Shown here piece after piece: positions 17,700 to 26,231 of a stretch of DNA of 64,000 bases. The stretch is from Peptococcaceae bacterium UBA6116 (lineage in GTDB: Bacteria > Bacillota > Desulfitobacteriia > Desulfitobacteriales > Syntrophobotulaceae), in the NCBI GenBank assembly GCA_002423425.1, contig DIWC01000063.1, forward strand, positions 45,909-109,908. The letters run 5' to 3'. The position numbers were made by a program, and so were the translations under genes. Below the pieces are notes generated by a model. It was not told the origin of the DNA. It searched no databases and worked only from the letters and a program-made list of their open reading frames with translations. The first letter of the stretch is position 1. Each line of letters starts with the position of its first letter.

Positions 17700-19841
17700 T
17701 TAAATTAAATTCTGCATAAGCCGGTAACCATAGAATAAGTCGGGATAGTGCCACATTATTAGCAGAACTAAGGCAATCGTTACCGTAGCCGGCAGCAGCA
17801 TAAAGCACGAATATCTTCCTCCGGCTCTCCATACATCCCTTATTCTTAGCGGAAGCAAAAGGAAAGATAAAAGGAAATATCCTGCCAAAGGTATATACCA
17901 TAAATAATAATGATAACTTAACATAGTCCAGGCTATTCCAATCAATAATCCCCAATTATTTCTCTTTTCCAGCCAGCAGCTCAGGGCCGCAGTTCCTGGA
18001 CTTTGAGGAAAAAAAGATGTAGTTAACCCAACTTGGAAAAATCTTATTAACATAATAAATGCCGACAGAAATAACCAAATCAACAATGGTGATTGTTCCT
18101 GAACCAACCAGATATAACTTAAATCGTAAGGCAGCCATGGTAAACCTTTTACCGGCAGCAGGAAGATCAATGATGTCATCAATCCGGCAAAAGAAGCAAC
18201 CCTGCTGAACATAGAAAGGCAACGCCACAAAAACGCCCGGCGAACGCCCCTTTTAGGGTTGGTATTAAAAAGTTCACTATATTTCCAACTCGGAGAACGC
18301 CAGTTCTGAATACTCAAAATACTAATCCAGATAAGCCAAATAACAGCAACAATCTTTTGCCCCGACCACTTATCATTTTCCTCCTTATTATCCGGAGATG
18401 AATCCTGCAAATACTCTGCCTGTCCCCATTTCCCGCTAAAACCGTCCGTTTTCAGCAGAATTTGACCATTAATGTCTCCAGTCTGCTCCCCTGGAAATAA
18501 ATCCAAATTATAAACTGGCAGGTAGGAAAGTCTTTTACCGATATTTTTCAGATATTCACTTTTTTCCGCGCTAGGCTGCAAGCCCTTGGCTGCTGTCCAA
18601 GCCAAGACAGACGGATGACGTTCAGCAATAGCAAAAAGATCTTCAAATTGAGCATTTTGAGGTATGTTCTGCTCCGGTACAAGAGAAACCGGTATCTCCA
18701 GCCATACCCCTATTCCAAGCCGGTCCGCGGCAAAAAGCCATGATTCATCCGGAAAAAAACCCATAAAATAAACAACATTATAGCCCTTGGTTTTTGCTTC
18801 CTTGAGATAACTTTCGATTTGGCGTTTGTTTCTTAAAATATTCTCTTGATCTTGGGTAAGGATTTGAGCCCGGGCGTCAAATTTCTTATCATTTAATAGC
18901 CAGTTATCAGCTTTGCTGGAATTCTTGTTGACCCCTATAGGTATCTGTATTCTGTCGGTATCACCTCGGCTATTGGTTAAAGAAAGATCCAATTCATAAA
19001 GAAATGGATTCTCAGTGCTCCAGAGTTTGGCTTGAGGAAGTTTAAAAATCAGATTAACCCTCTGATTATATTCCCGGTTGGAATTCAGGGGAAGAAGACA
19101 TTCGGCCACATTTATATCCTTATCTTTTATTACTCCGCTAATTGTCCAAGGTCCAAATTCCAAATTCTGATGATGTGTGAGGTTCACGTTGACGACAACC
19201 TGTTGCTCTGCTGTCAAATATTTAACTGTTGAAACATCAATCGTTGTCTCCTGAACAGCTTCCAGGTATATTTGGCCGGTTATTCTTCCTTGTTCAGGCC
19301 ATAGCCAGCCTAATAGTTTTTTTTGCTGAATACTGCCCGGGGATAATTCCAGATAAATGGTATTATCCAGGCTATAATCGGGCATTGCCGGTGCAATATC
19401 TATACTGCAGTTCCCCCCTGAGCTTTCATACTCTCCCAGGAAGTTTACTTCATCTATACCGTTGATAAATACCCTTATTTTTCCATTGACTCCTTTTAAT
19501 ACCAATCGGGCATTCATTGAACCCCATTTACCCGACACTTTAAAATGCTTGGCGGCGACTTTAAACCCTCTATTTGATGGCAGGATAATACTGTCCTGTT
19601 GGTTTAAGCCGGAAATAAGCGTATTCGATCCATTAATTACACTGTTCTCCCGGACCGACGCTTCCCTTAAAGAGGAAAAACTATCCCATTTACCGCCAAG
19701 GTCTTGGCTTATTCTATAGACATTGGCAACGTTTGTATCGCTATATAACTCCAACCCGGTGGTATTCTGCCAATAAAGTGAAAGGGATGCAAAAGAAATA
19801 AGAAATAAAATAAAAATAAATAGGGCAATTTTTTTAAACAT
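17700..19841 (-). CDS. Membrane protein: GH2-like (beta-galactosidase/glucuronidase fold) ectodomain fused to a C-terminal multi-pass membrane domain
   Basis: 713 aa with an N-terminal signal/anchor (IALFIFILFLISFASL). GH2 landmarks are ARLVLKGVNGKIRVFINGIDEV, LWSTENPFLYELDL, NVVYFMGFFPDESWLFAADRLGIGVWLEIP and ERHPSVLAWTAAKG. The last ~230 aa are Trp/Leu-rich with at least 6 hydrophobic helices. Confidence 0.6.
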   Translation of the reverse strand: MFKKIALFIFILFLISFASLSLYWQNTTGLELYSDTNVANVYRISQDLGGKWDSFSSLREASVRENSVINGSNTLISGLNQQDSIILPSNRGFKVAAKHFKVSGKWGSMNARLVLKGVNGKIRVFINGIDEVNFLGEYESSGGNCSIDIAPAMPDYSLDNTIYLELSPGSIQQKKLLGWLWPEQGRITGQIYLEAVQETTIDVSTVKYLTAEQQVVVNVNLTHHQNLEFGPWTISGVIKDKDINVAECLLPLNSNREYNQRVNLIFKLPQAKLWSTENPFLYELDLSLTNSRGDTDRIQIPIGVNKNSSKADNWLLNDKKFDARAQILTQDQENILRNKRQIESYLKEAKTKGYNVVYFMGFFPDESWLFAADRLGIGVWLEIPVSLVPEQNIPQNAQFEDLFAIAERHPSVLAWTAAKGLQPSAEKSEYLKNIGKRLSYLPVYNLDLFPGEQTGDINGQILLKTDGFSGKWGQAEYLQDSSPDNKEENDKWSGQKIVAVIWLIWISILSIQNWRSPSWKYSELFNTNPKRGVRRAFLWRCLSMFSRVASFAGLMTSLIFLLPVKGLPWLPYDLSYIWLVQEQSPLLIWLFLSAFIMLIRFFQVGLTTSFFPQSPGTAALSCWLEKRNNWGLLIGIAWTMLSYHYYLWYIPLAGYFLLSFLLLPLRIRDVWRAGGRYSCFMLLPATVTIALVLLIMWHYPDLFYGYRLMQNLI

Positions 19842-20210
19842 AATGACCTCAAAGACATTTCTCTGTAGACAAAAAAAGCCGGAATCCTATCCAGCTGAAA
19901 CTATCATCAAAATTTCCAGCTATTATTCTTTTTTACACTTAGGACACATTCCATAAAAAACCAAATTATGAGTATCCTGAATCCGTAATGAAATAACTAT
20001 TAATCGGCTGAGATGCTTGGTATAATTGAGATAGAACTAATTCCGCCGCCGGATAAAAACAGCCTTTCATTCATACAGAAAGACAATATCTTGCTGCATA
20101 GATTACACCAACAATCCGGCAGCCAGTCTGTGGGGCACAGTACCACGGCGAGCGGAGCACGGATTAAGGAGTACTTTTTATTATATTACGGCCTAATATA
20201 TGCGTCAATT

Positions 20211-20242
20211 TAAAAAAAGAAGAGCATTCAAAATGCTCTTCT
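20211..20242 (-). terminator. Rho-independent terminator after the ferredoxin gene
   Basis: A perfect 11-bp stem (20218-20228 with 20232-20242) has a 3-nt loop. On the minus strand it is followed by U7 (A run 20212-20218). Confidence 0.85.
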
Positions 20243-20259
20243 TTCTCAGAAACTTATTC

Positions 20260-20430
20260 TTATTTTTCAATGATAGCACTAACAGGACAAGCATCGACAC
20301 AAGCACCGCATTCCGCACAAGTATCGGTATCAATGACATATTTGCCATCACCTTCACTAATAGCCTCAACTGCACATTCTTCAACACAAGTGCCACAGCT
20401 TGTACAATCATCGGTAATTAAGTATGCCAT
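20260..20430 (-). CDS. fdx: 2x[4Fe-4S] ferredoxin
   Basis: 56 aa, MAYLITDDCTSCGTCVEEC...CAECGACVDACP, with two CxxCxxCxxxC motifs. The ATG at 20430 is preceded by GGAGG. The track ORF starts further upstream at 20493. Confidence 0.93.
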   Translation of the reverse strand: MAYLITDDCTSCGTCVEECAVEAISEGDGKYVIDTDTCAECGACVDACPVSAIIEK

Positions 20431-20528
20431 AACGTGAACCTCCTCTTCTCCCATTTCAAGTGAAACTATATCAAAGAGGAAAGAAAAAGGCAAGAGGTAT
20501 TTTAAGTATTTATTGAGATAATTTAAAC

Positions 20529-20693
20529 CTAGGATATTTTATCCGGCCGGTAGGGTACTTTATAGAGTCGTCTCATACAATATGAACAATACGGCAGAAT
20601 ACGATTACTGACATGATTACGGCGAAAAACAACTCTGGAAATATCATTGTGTTCATGCCCACAGGAACGACACTTTTCAATCAAAAAATCCAT
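20529..20693 (-). CDS. Possible 54-aa zinc-ribbon protein (below the ORF-track cutoff)
   Basis: Hand translation gives MDFLIEKCRSCGHEHNDISRVVFRRNHVSNRILPYCSYCMRRLYKVPYRPDKIS, with CxxC...CxxC. GGGAG abuts the ATG, which is poor spacing. Confidence 0.3.
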   Translation of the reverse strand: MDFLIEKCRSCGHEHNDISRVVFRRNHVSNRILPYCSYCMRRLYKVPYRPDKIS

Positions 20694-20799
20694 CTCCCAA
20701 TTGTGTTATTGTGAACAAACTTTTAAAAAAGAAAAACTCATTTTAATAATTTTATTACTTATTTGTTATTATTGGACAAATTAAATAATTTTAAACATC

Positions 20800-21558
20800 C
20801 TAAAGTTTAATTATTTCTTGGTTACGTCTTGTAAAGCTGACTATTTCTTGAACACCAAGAGTTTTTAATATTTGACAAGCTTCTTGAATATCCCGTCCTA
20901 CAACTGCCGCTTCATGCGCATCAGAGCCCAAAGTAAAAGGTATCTCCATCTTGCCGATTAATTCGATAAGCTTTTGTTCAGGGTAATATTCCTGAACCGG
21001 TTTATACCTCCCATTGGTGTTGATTTCTATTGCTAAACCGCAATCTTTAACAGCTTCCAAAGCCCGTGCCGCTAGAATTCTCACATCAGTTTTCGGGCGA
21101 ACGTTAAAAATCTTAATTAAATCGAAATGACCAATAATATTAAAAAGCCCACTGGCCGCTGCTTTTTCTACAAGCTTAAAATAGGCTGAATACAAATCAT
21201 CCGGCTCCCATTGCCGATGATTTGTTTCTTCCTCGGGATAATCAAAGAACCAACCTCCTAATTGGTGTACCGAACCAATTACATAATCAAACGGGAAGTC
21301 AGTCAGCATTTTAGATATTTGATTTTCTCTTCCTTCTTGGTAATCAACTTCCAGCCCCACCCTAACCTGCAATTCGGGGTACTCCAGAGCGATCTCTCTT
21401 AGAAGATTAAGTTTCAGTTTTTCCCAGTACATATCGTGATCGGCAAACCCTATTTGTTTAAGATTCTTATTTTTCGCCTGTTTGAGAAATGCTCGAATGT
21501 TGCTTTTTGTCGCTTCACGGTCTAAGTGGCCTAAGAGGTGCACATGTAAATCCAACAT
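20800..21558 (-). CDS. PHP-family phosphoesterase (histidinol-phosphatase HisJ/HisK-like)
   Basis: 252 aa with the N-terminal metal motif LDLHVHLLGH, GSVHQL and GSDAHE. Confidence 0.75.
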   Translation of the reverse strand: MLDLHVHLLGHLDREATKSNIRAFLKQAKNKNLKQIGFADHDMYWEKLKLNLLREIALEYPELQVRVGLEVDYQEGRENQISKMLTDFPFDYVIGSVHQLGGWFFDYPEEETNHRQWEPDDLYSAYFKLVEKAAASGLFNIIGHFDLIKIFNVRPKTDVRILAARALEAVKDCGLAIEINTNGRYKPVQEYYPEQKLIELIGKMEIPFTLGSDAHEAAVVGRDIQEACQILKTLGVQEIVSFTRRNQEIIKL

Positions 21559-21748
21559 TTTAATCCCCTTTACCTCTACCTTCTTTAAATCTATTGAAAA
21601 ACTTCTTAACCACTATTTCTCCGGAAAAATCACAAGATCCTCCTCCTGACATTAGATAAAACAAAAATTGAATATTTCTGTAATATTAGGGAAACACTCT
21701 TAATAGTTTCACATTTTCCAATTTTATCCCCACTCCTCTCTTTTTCTT

Positions 21749-21779
21749 AACTTGCGGATATAAGCCGCAAGTTTTTTTG
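21749..21779 (+). terminator. Orphan plus-strand intrinsic-terminator-like hairpin about 100 nt upstream of the Na/Pi symporter gene
   Basis: AACTTGCGG (21749-21757) pairs with CCGCAAGTT (21765-21773). The loop is 7 nt and is followed by T7 (21772-21778). No plus-strand ORF lies upstream. Confidence 0.55.
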
Positions 21780-21879
21780 TTAAATACTTGTTTGGTCTTA
21801 GTCGTCTTGCCCGTTAATAGACTTAACTAACCGGCTTAACAAAACAGCCGGTTAAAGATCTATTAAAGGAGCAATTCTG

Positions 21880-22797
21880 ATGTTTAAGCCCCTTTTCTTT
21901 ACTGTTACCGGTATAATACTGCTTCTCGCAGGTATGAACTTCCTGAGAGAAGGCCTCAAAAAATTTGCCGGTTCTTATTTCCAAGAAATCTTACATAAAC
22001 TAACCGTCACTTCAGGTAAAGGGTTTATTAGCGGCATAGTAGTCACTGCTTTTCTTCAATCCAGTACTGCTCTTACGGTTATGGCAGTATCCTTAGTCGA
22101 TGCCGAACTGATATGTTTCGAAAATACCTTAGGACTAATCTTAGGCAGCAACATTGGCTCTACCCTTACTTCGCAGCTTATGGCTTTTCCTTTGGACAAA
22201 ATTTCAATCTGGCTTATTGTCATTGGATCAGCAGGCTTTGTGCTCATTAAAGTTCGAACAAGATTTTTACTATTGTCACTGGCCGGAATAGGGGTAATGT
22301 TCTTCTCTCTGTCGCTGTTGGAAGCTGCTATGATCCCGATAACCGGTATGTCTTGGGTCCAAAACAGTCTGCATTCATTACACAGCAACCATTTTTATTG
22401 TATTTTAGCCGGTACTTTTTTTTCAGCCTTACTGCATTCTTCCAGCGCTGCAACCGGAATAGCTATGGTCTTAACAGAAGAAGGCTGGCTTAGTTTGCCC
22501 GCCTCCTTTGCTTTTATTCTTGGCGCTAATATTGGAACCTGTTTTACGGCCCTAATTGTCTCGTTTTTTGCCTCAAGGTCGGCTCAAAAAGTGGCGATTT
22601 TTCATGTTCTTATCAATGTCTTTGGAGTTATTGTCTTCTACCCTTTTCTCTCACCTTTTACCAAAATAATAACTCTCCTTGGGGATAACCTTAGCAGGCA
22701 AGTAGCCAATACCCATACTTTTTTCAATCTGGCCTCATCTTTATTGGTTCTTCCTTTATTACCTTTAGTAATTCGCCTTTTAAATAGGTTAAGATAG
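21880..22797 (+). CDS. Na+/phosphate symporter family protein (short form, no PhoU-like tail)
   Basis: 305 aa, polytopic, with two Na_Pi_cotrans-type repeats carrying GSNIGSTLTSQ and GANIGTCFTAL. RBS AAAGGAG is present. Confidence 0.8.
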   Translation: MFKPLFFTVTGIILLLAGMNFLREGLKKFAGSYFQEILHKLTVTSGKGFISGIVVTAFLQSSTALTVMAVSLVDAELICFENTLGLILGSNIGSTLTSQLMAFPLDKISIWLIVIGSAGFVLIKVRTRFLLLSLAGIGVMFFSLSLLEAAMIPITGMSWVQNSLHSLHSNHFYCILAGTFFSALLHSSSAATGIAMVLTEEGWLSLPASFAFILGANIGTCFTALIVSFFASRSAQKVAIFHVLINVFGVIVFYPFLSPFTKIITLLGDNLSRQVANTHTFFNLASSLLVLPLLPLVIRLLNRLR

Positions 22798-24717
22798 TAC
22801 GTCCCACTTAAGTTTTTCAACCTTTAATAAGCCCTTATCTCTGTAAATATCCAGCTTTTGAACATTTTCATCAATTCGGATAATTTCTTTGCCAACATAG
22901 ATTTTTACGTTGGAATGACAATACTCTATCGTCAGTCTGCTATTTTTTTCTGCTCTGACTGTCGTAGCGCTCACCGCTGAACCTCCGAGCTCCCAAATAT
23001 AAATATCACCGCTGCCAATCAATTCTCCGCCGCGACAAACACCATGAATTTTGGTATTGCCTCCGACCTTGATAACTGAATTATAAATTCCTTTGCTGCA
23101 GATAAAGTCTCCGGCACAACTTATTTCCGAATTTTGAACATAAGCAGTGTCACAAACAACAGTAGATGGAATAAGATTCTCTTTAGATATGAGAAAATTA
23201 CTTATTATTTTTAAAGTGCTTTTTAAATAAGAAAGGCTTTTGAGTTGAAGTGGGCCAATACCGACGAGGAAATGTTTAATCGTTCTAACTGCTACTTCAA
23301 GTTCTTCCGAGATTAGCTCCGGATCTTTATAGGAAAAAAGTTTTTCTATTTCTTCTGCTTTTTTTGGCAGCTCTGGAAATTTCTTTTCCAAAATGATCTT
23401 TAGCACTGGACCGACATTAGAGTTTTTTGAAACCTCTTGGACTTGTTCGACTTGAGTAATACACAGGCTCAGTTCCTCGTTGATATCCTGTAATTCCTTA
23501 AATAGAAGACTACGAAAAACATGTTTTTCCCCAATAATTATTTTACTGGCAATAATATTTTTATGTATTTTAAAACCTGTTTCGGCTTTGATCTCCGCAC
23601 TTGATATTGCCCCCCGGATTTGAATTTTTCCACCTGAATACACGTATAATCCATCATTAACACTGCCGCCAATCAATACGTCTCCGGGAAAATTGATACT
23701 TCCTATGGATAGGTCAACATCTCTATTGACCATATAGGCATTATCCACCTGATAACTGTAAGTTTCCAGGCGGATAGGAATGCCCGCACAAAAAGCTTTA
23801 ATCTCCAAGCCATCTTCAGATAAATATACATTATTTTTAAGTTTAAAATTAAAATCCTTAAGCTTCTCTACAGAAATGACCGCCCCAAAAATATTCATTC
23901 CCGGAATTCCTTCTTGTCCAGGAATTTTTCTGGCCAATATTTCATCTTTTTCACAGACTCTTAATTTACACGCGAAATAATCTATCTTTCCTTCGAACTT
24001 CTCATCTTCAGGAATAGGTTCCCCAATAAAATCAATAAGTTCAGGCTGAATAGTCTGAACCGGAGGTGTATACTCAGCAACAACTATTTCACTTATGCCG
24101 TCTACAGTCAAAAAATCGGCCCACACATTGGATTTAATACCAAAGATAATCTTTTTTTCTGCTAGTTCATTTTGCAAATCCTTTTCTTTTTCTATATCAA
24201 CTGAATCAGGTAAAGATTCCCAAATCACATATTTTTCGAGATCAAGTCTTGTCACCTCCGGAATCTCATCGCACAGAATATGCCGACCTGTGTGCTGATA
24301 CGTAACTTTGGCGACAGCCTTCGAGCCATCAGGCCAAACCTGAATATCCCATGTAAACACTCCTTGCTTACCTTCAGGCAGGAACTCAAAAGCACTCCCT
24401 GGCTGAACATCGTATTCGTGCTTTATTTCTTCTCCCGCATATATTAATTTACCTGCCACAGGAAAAGGTATTATCTTTTCTACTGTTTTGCCGGGTATTA
24501 TCAAATACTTATTACCGTCCCAAGAAATTGTTGTCTTATCCAAAAAAATGTTTTCCGCATCATCCCTCAAAATAACTTTAACCTTCCAACTGCGGTTAAG
24601 CATACCAGCCTTTTCTATTACCTCAATTTCAAGCTGCTCCGGTAAACATAACCATTCAGCAGAAATTTGACTGCGGATCGACTCCAGGGATTTACCCACG
24701 GTAATGATCTCCCTCAT
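22789..24717 (-). CDS. FapA/DUF342 family protein
   Basis: 642 aa. The central beta-helix repeats are typical of DUF342 (VDLSIGSINFPGDVLIGGSVNDGLYVYSGGKIQIRGAISSAEIKA, repeated near the C-terminus). The 3' end overlaps the convergent Na/Pi gene by 9 nt. Confidence 0.75.
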   Translation of the reverse strand: MREIITVGKSLESIRSQISAEWLCLPEQLEIEVIEKAGMLNRSWKVKVILRDDAENIFLDKTTISWDGNKYLIIPGKTVEKIIPFPVAGKLIYAGEEIKHEYDVQPGSAFEFLPEGKQGVFTWDIQVWPDGSKAVAKVTYQHTGRHILCDEIPEVTRLDLEKYVIWESLPDSVDIEKEKDLQNELAEKKIIFGIKSNVWADFLTVDGISEIVVAEYTPPVQTIQPELIDFIGEPIPEDEKFEGKIDYFACKLRVCEKDEILARKIPGQEGIPGMNIFGAVISVEKLKDFNFKLKNNVYLSEDGLEIKAFCAGIPIRLETYSYQVDNAYMVNRDVDLSIGSINFPGDVLIGGSVNDGLYVYSGGKIQIRGAISSAEIKAETGFKIHKNIIASKIIIGEKHVFRSLLFKELQDINEELSLCITQVEQVQEVSKNSNVGPVLKIILEKKFPELPKKAEEIEKLFSYKDPELISEELEVAVRTIKHFLVGIGPLQLKSLSYLKSTLKIISNFLISKENLIPSTVVCDTAYVQNSEISCAGDFICSKGIYNSVIKVGGNTKIHGVCRGGELIGSGDIYIWELGGSAVSATTVRAEKNSRLTIEYCHSNVKIYVGKEIIRIDENVQKLDIYRDKGLLKVEKLKWDVLS

Positions 24718-24947
24718 TTTCTTTTCTCCTTCGTATTTTTTTATCTCAAGAAAGAAAATAGGTCCATAGTCCTATGGTTGTAAAGAAAATCGTTTTTTTG
24801 TCTATAATTCTTATATTTATATCTCTATATATAGAAAAAACTATATCATATTTACAAAACACAATATAATTTATTTCTATTTTAATCATTATTATATCTT
24901 TTGTCTATATATTGGAAATAATTAATATTACTTCGACGAGTATAATA

Positions 24948-26090
24948 TTATTTAATAATTATTTCAATACTCGGTTTATCATTATCCTGACTCTTAATTT
25001 TATTCTGACCGGTATTAGTTTGTCCTGATTTCGAATTAGTTGTTCCCTCAGGAGTGGCATTTTGAAGACTTCCATTCGGATCACCGGAGTTCCCCGGAAC
25101 AGTAATATGCGCTTTAATTTCAGAGTCCAACAAATCGATTATCGTATTATCAATAACTTTATCTGTTGTAATTCCTAACAGGAGGTTTTGGGCTACTTCT
25201 TTAGTATTATGTCTGTTTACTTCCCAATAACTTATGTTATCGAGATACAAGCCATATCCGGGCAAAGTCTGGGTTACAATATTTGAGCTGTCGAAAGATG
25301 CTACAACTCCAGATAATTTAAAGAGATCAACCAGTTTTAAATCCGTTTCTACGGCATTCATCAATTGAGGGATTAATTTGGGCAGTTTGGTTATTGTTCT
25401 GGCCTGAAGCATTTCCTTGGCCACAGCAGTAAGCACTTTTTGTTGTCTCGCAGTTCGTCCGATATCAGCCGTTATGTCATGACGGAAACGGGCGTATTGA
25501 AGAGCCCTCGTACCATTTAATTTTTGTACTCCGGCTTTAAGATTAATATAGCCGTCAACCTTATCTCCTGTTTCCCAATACATATTTTTTTCCACATTTA
25601 CCGTAATTCCGCCTAAGGTATCTATAATATCTTTAAACCCGTCAAAATTGGTAAGTATATAACCATTCAAAGGAATACCCGTTAACTCGATCACTTGCTT
25701 TTCCAACTCTGGGATTCCTCTCAGCATGGGTACAGCATTAATCTTGACAAAACTTTTGGATCCCGAAAGCGTTACTCTTGTATCTCTTGGAATGGACAAT
25801 AAAGAAATAAGTTTTGTATCAGGATCGAAGTTCGCTACAACTAAGGAATCAGAATTATAAGAGCTTTCTCCAGGTCTTTTGTCAGTCCCGATCAAGAGAA
25901 AACTTACTCTCTTTTCTAAATCGGCAGCACTTTCAAAGTTATATAATAGACCCTCCTTGTCATTGTTGCCGGAACCAAAGTAAACATAGCCAAACGCTGC
26001 GCTCCCTGTAATGATACCTGCCAACAGCATGGCTATTATAATTATTACTTTTCGTTTTTTAGAATTTCCCCGCAATTCAGCCCACTCCAT
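24948..26090 (-). CDS. LytR-CpsA-Psr (LCP) family cell-wall glycopolymer transferase
   Basis: 380 aa with an N-terminal TM helix and the LCP motifs LLIGTDKRPGE, SDSLVVANF and LSIPRDT. The C-terminal tail is low-complexity Asn/Thr/Gly. Confidence 0.88.
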   Translation of the reverse strand: MEWAELRGNSKKRKVIIIIAMLLAGIITGSAAFGYVYFGSGNNDKEGLLYNFESAADLEKRVSFLLIGTDKRPGESSYNSDSLVVANFDPDTKLISLLSIPRDTRVTLSGSKSFVKINAVPMLRGIPELEKQVIELTGIPLNGYILTNFDGFKDIIDTLGGITVNVEKNMYWETGDKVDGYINLKAGVQKLNGTRALQYARFRHDITADIGRTARQQKVLTAVAKEMLQARTITKLPKLIPQLMNAVETDLKLVDLFKLSGVVASFDSSNIVTQTLPGYGLYLDNISYWEVNRHNTKEVAQNLLLGITTDKVIDNTIIDLLDSEIKAHITVPGNSGDPNGSLQNATPEGTTNSKSGQTNTGQNKIKSQDNDKPSIEIIIK

Positions 26091-26231
26091 TATGATTTTT
26101 GCGTTATTTTATTCTTAATCTATTCTTCCCGCATGACCAAAATATACTCTGCCAATTATTTGGAAAAAGGTTTTACACAACAAATAATAATCCCCAGGAA
26201 TGTCCTGGGAAATATTTAGATAATATATCTA

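Noticed and set aside
17686-18228. Two minus-strand ORFs (17686-17955 and 17956-18228) nested in the 3' part of the 713-aa gene
   Set aside because: They are alternative frames of the membrane-domain region. The 713-aa frame is continuous and gives coherent TM helices, whereas the nested frames give no motif.
19842-20260. Assignment of the 19.8-20.2 kb spacer to a known riboswitch, 6S or SRP RNA
   Set aside because: By-eye comparison with cobalamin (B12 box), c-di-GMP-I/II, ZTP, SAM, TPP, M-box and SRP domain IV consensus features found no match. It is kept only as an unclassified structured region.
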